Below, piece after piece: positions 63,001 to 64,000 of a stretch of DNA of 64,000 nt. This stretch comes from Antedon mediterranea (Eukaryota; Animalia; Echinodermata), in NCBI RefSeq assembly GCF_964355755.1, contig NC_092671.1, positions 16,492,001 through 16,556,000 of the forward strand, given 5' to 3'. The number at the start of each line of letters is the position of its first letter. Positions within the stretch are counted from its first letter, which is position 1. Position numbers and translations under genes: made by a program. The notes below the pieces were generated by a model that was not told the DNA's origin, searched no databases, and saw only the letters and a list, made by a program, of their open reading frames with translations.

Positions 63001-63439
63001 CAAGTTTTGCCGACAGTCTACAATTACTTGTTTTCGTGCTTAACTGGAAACTGGCAAAATTCGGTTTAATCCCTCTACTGACCGAGGACTGCTAGCTATG
63101 CAGAGCATATCATGACGGTATTTTAATGCGGTATGGCTGTATATCATATCATAGCTACAGTTCTAAGATCATTCTAACATTTAAAAAAATATTATTTTAA
63201 TATTTCAAAGGCCTACAACTTTGTAAAGCTCTGTCTACACTATCAAACTAGTTTGACAAAAAAAGGTTGATGTGCCTAAATATGGTAGTGATATTCCCAA
63301 ATATGGTAGTGATATGACATATATGGGCACATCACATTTTTTTGTCACATAAAGTTTGATAGTGTAGACAGAGCTTTTAAGGTTTGATACTCACTGAGAT
63401 ACTTGGGATATCTTTACTTGTTGAACTTTTATCATCCAT
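48080..63439 (-). CDS. SLC4 family anion exchanger (band 3 / AE2-AE3-like), multi-exon
   Basis: Approximate exons: 63395-63439 (MDDKSSTS...), 62532-62790, 61922-62128, 61107-61185, 60358-60517, 59898-60039, 59279-59459 ([38 protein letters not shown]), 58810-58945, 57158-57278, 56608-56985 ([26 protein letters not shown]), 55640-55851, 55095-55300 ([15 protein letters not shown]), 53710-53858, 52844-53043 (RFTEEIF), 52081-52379, 51412-51500, 50765-50940, 50101-50354 (AATVRSVTH), 49416-49585, 48717-48886, 48080-48148 (ETYMPI*). Vertebrate paralogue not assignable. Confidence 0.95.
49703..50065 (+). mobile_element. Degenerate tRNA-derived SINE interrupted by a MITE fragment (~49780-49875)
   Basis: A/B-box remnants, ccaggtgtacaaatgggtacctgg core and gctatataagaa(tta)n tail; homologous to 15365-15556. 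Confidence 0.5.
51642..51815. mobile_element. Palindromic MITE with TTAA TSD (Kolobok-like)
   Basis: TTAA|aggacaacttgaccgaggaccatatttt...aaaatatggtcctcggtcaaattgtcct|TTAA. Confidence 0.8.
53076..53213. mobile_element. Tourist-like (PIF/Harbinger) MITE, AGCTCTGTCTACAC family
   Basis: TIR agctct(g/a)tctacact...agtgtagacagagct; same family as 57823 and 63227. Confidence 0.8.
54271..54868. mobile_element. AGCTCTGTCTACAC-family MITE (TTA TSD) split by a nested element
   Basis: TTA|agctctgtctaca...tagacagagct|TTA with an insertion at 54328-54781. Confidence 0.75.
54328..54781. mobile_element. 454-bp MITE with 7-bp TSD (P/Galileo-like termini)
   Basis: GTCATAT|caaagattgtatagcgccgctacgcggcgcaagataggtaactg ... 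cagttacctatcttgcgccacgtagcggcgctatacaatctttg|GTCATAT. Confidence 0.82.
56008..56370 (+). mobile_element. tRNA-headed SINE with Deu/Nin-type central domain
   Basis: A box tggccgagcgg, B box ggttcgaggcc, central ctcggataaggactataaaccgtaggtcc...ttaaagaaccc...ttcgaaaaagagtaggggg (recognised Deu/Nin-domain pattern), (taaa)n tail. Confidence 0.78.
57823..57980. mobile_element. Tourist-like MITE, AGCTCTGTCTACAC family, TAA TSD
   Basis: TAA|agctctgtctacactatcaaa...tttgatagtgtagacagagct|TAA. Confidence 0.85.
57990..58091 (-). CDS. Putative alternative (duplicated) SLC4 cassette exon
   Basis: Acceptor tttgatttgtttag; open phase-2 frame [33 protein letters not shown] resembles the next exon [17 protein letters not shown]; 102 nt if the donor is AG|GCATGT. 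Confidence 0.5.
58376..58490. mobile_element. Small PIF/Harbinger-like MITE
   Basis: TAT|gggcctgttcaagcttattta...taaataagtctgaacggtccc|TAT. Confidence 0.55.
59525..59654. mobile_element. Tourist-like MITE, AGCTCTGTCTACAC family (left end degraded)
   Basis: cactatcaaactagtttgac...aaagtttgatagtgcagatagagct. Confidence 0.7.
63227..63375. mobile_element. Tourist-like MITE, AGCTCTGTCTACAC family
   Basis: Perfect 23-bp TIRs agctctgtctacactatcaaact / agtttgatagtgtagacagagct. Confidence 0.85.
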
Positions 63440-64000
63440 AACCACAGTTTGATATCTGCAAAATTAAAAGTTAAAAAAACCTTCAAATTTTATAATCAAA
63501 TTCATGAATTAGTTTTATAAATAATAATTTGTAGATATTATTTTTACTACTACAGTATATTACATTAAAAATAATAAGGTAAAAAATACTGTAATATAGT
63601 ATTATTATCACTGTTTCATTTTATAATTTAATTCAGTAAGTTCATTTAATTATTGGCTTCCAGAAATATTACTTTAATTGAAAATATGTCTACATTTATT
63701 TTTGCATTAAAAAAAGAAATAATTCATTTTGCATCTAATTTTTGTATTTAATATAATGTACTTCAGGTTGCTGTGTTGATAAATGCCCTAGACCTAGGTG
63801 TCTAGGGAAGAAGAAGTATAAAAAACATTTTTAAGCCAGAAATAATTACCAGTATTTCAGATTAAGTAACAATATAAAAATCATAGTTATAAAAATAATA
63901 ATTAATGTATCTTCAAAGTAAAGTTTATTAATACTGTACCTTGATCTTTATAAAACAGAAATACCACATTAACCAATTTTCTTTCTGCGCTAGTTATTCC

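Overview
AT-rich, intron-containing animal genomic DNA, probably an invertebrate deuterostome such as an echinoderm (inference from gene content and SINE types). All host genes are on the minus strand: three tandem class A (rhodopsin-like) GPCR paralogues with uninterrupted coding regions (1-696 partial, 4831-5652, 10271-11368), a ~21-exon CASD1 sialate O-acetyltransferase (18124-39560) and a ~21-exon SLC4 anion exchanger (48080-63439). The middle GPCR carries an exact in-frame 267-bp deletion of TM2-TM4. The non-coding DNA is rich in non-autonomous elements: five minimal hammerhead ribozymes (one in a Penelope fragment with a GIY-YIG remnant), tRNA-like genes inside (TA)n-flanked modules, a Deu/Nin-type SINE, several MITE families, a 2.6-kb 16-bp satellite grown inside a Tc1/mariner MITE, and a 3.4-kb TGT...ACA element. 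The most unusual structure is a ~6.1-kb foldback-like element (39699-45827) that fills most of the CASD1-SLC4 intergenic region. Both ends carry the same 20-bp palindrome, and two oppositely oriented 106-bp satellite arrays reiterate that terminal motif. All coordinates and exon boundaries were read by eye; no searches were run.
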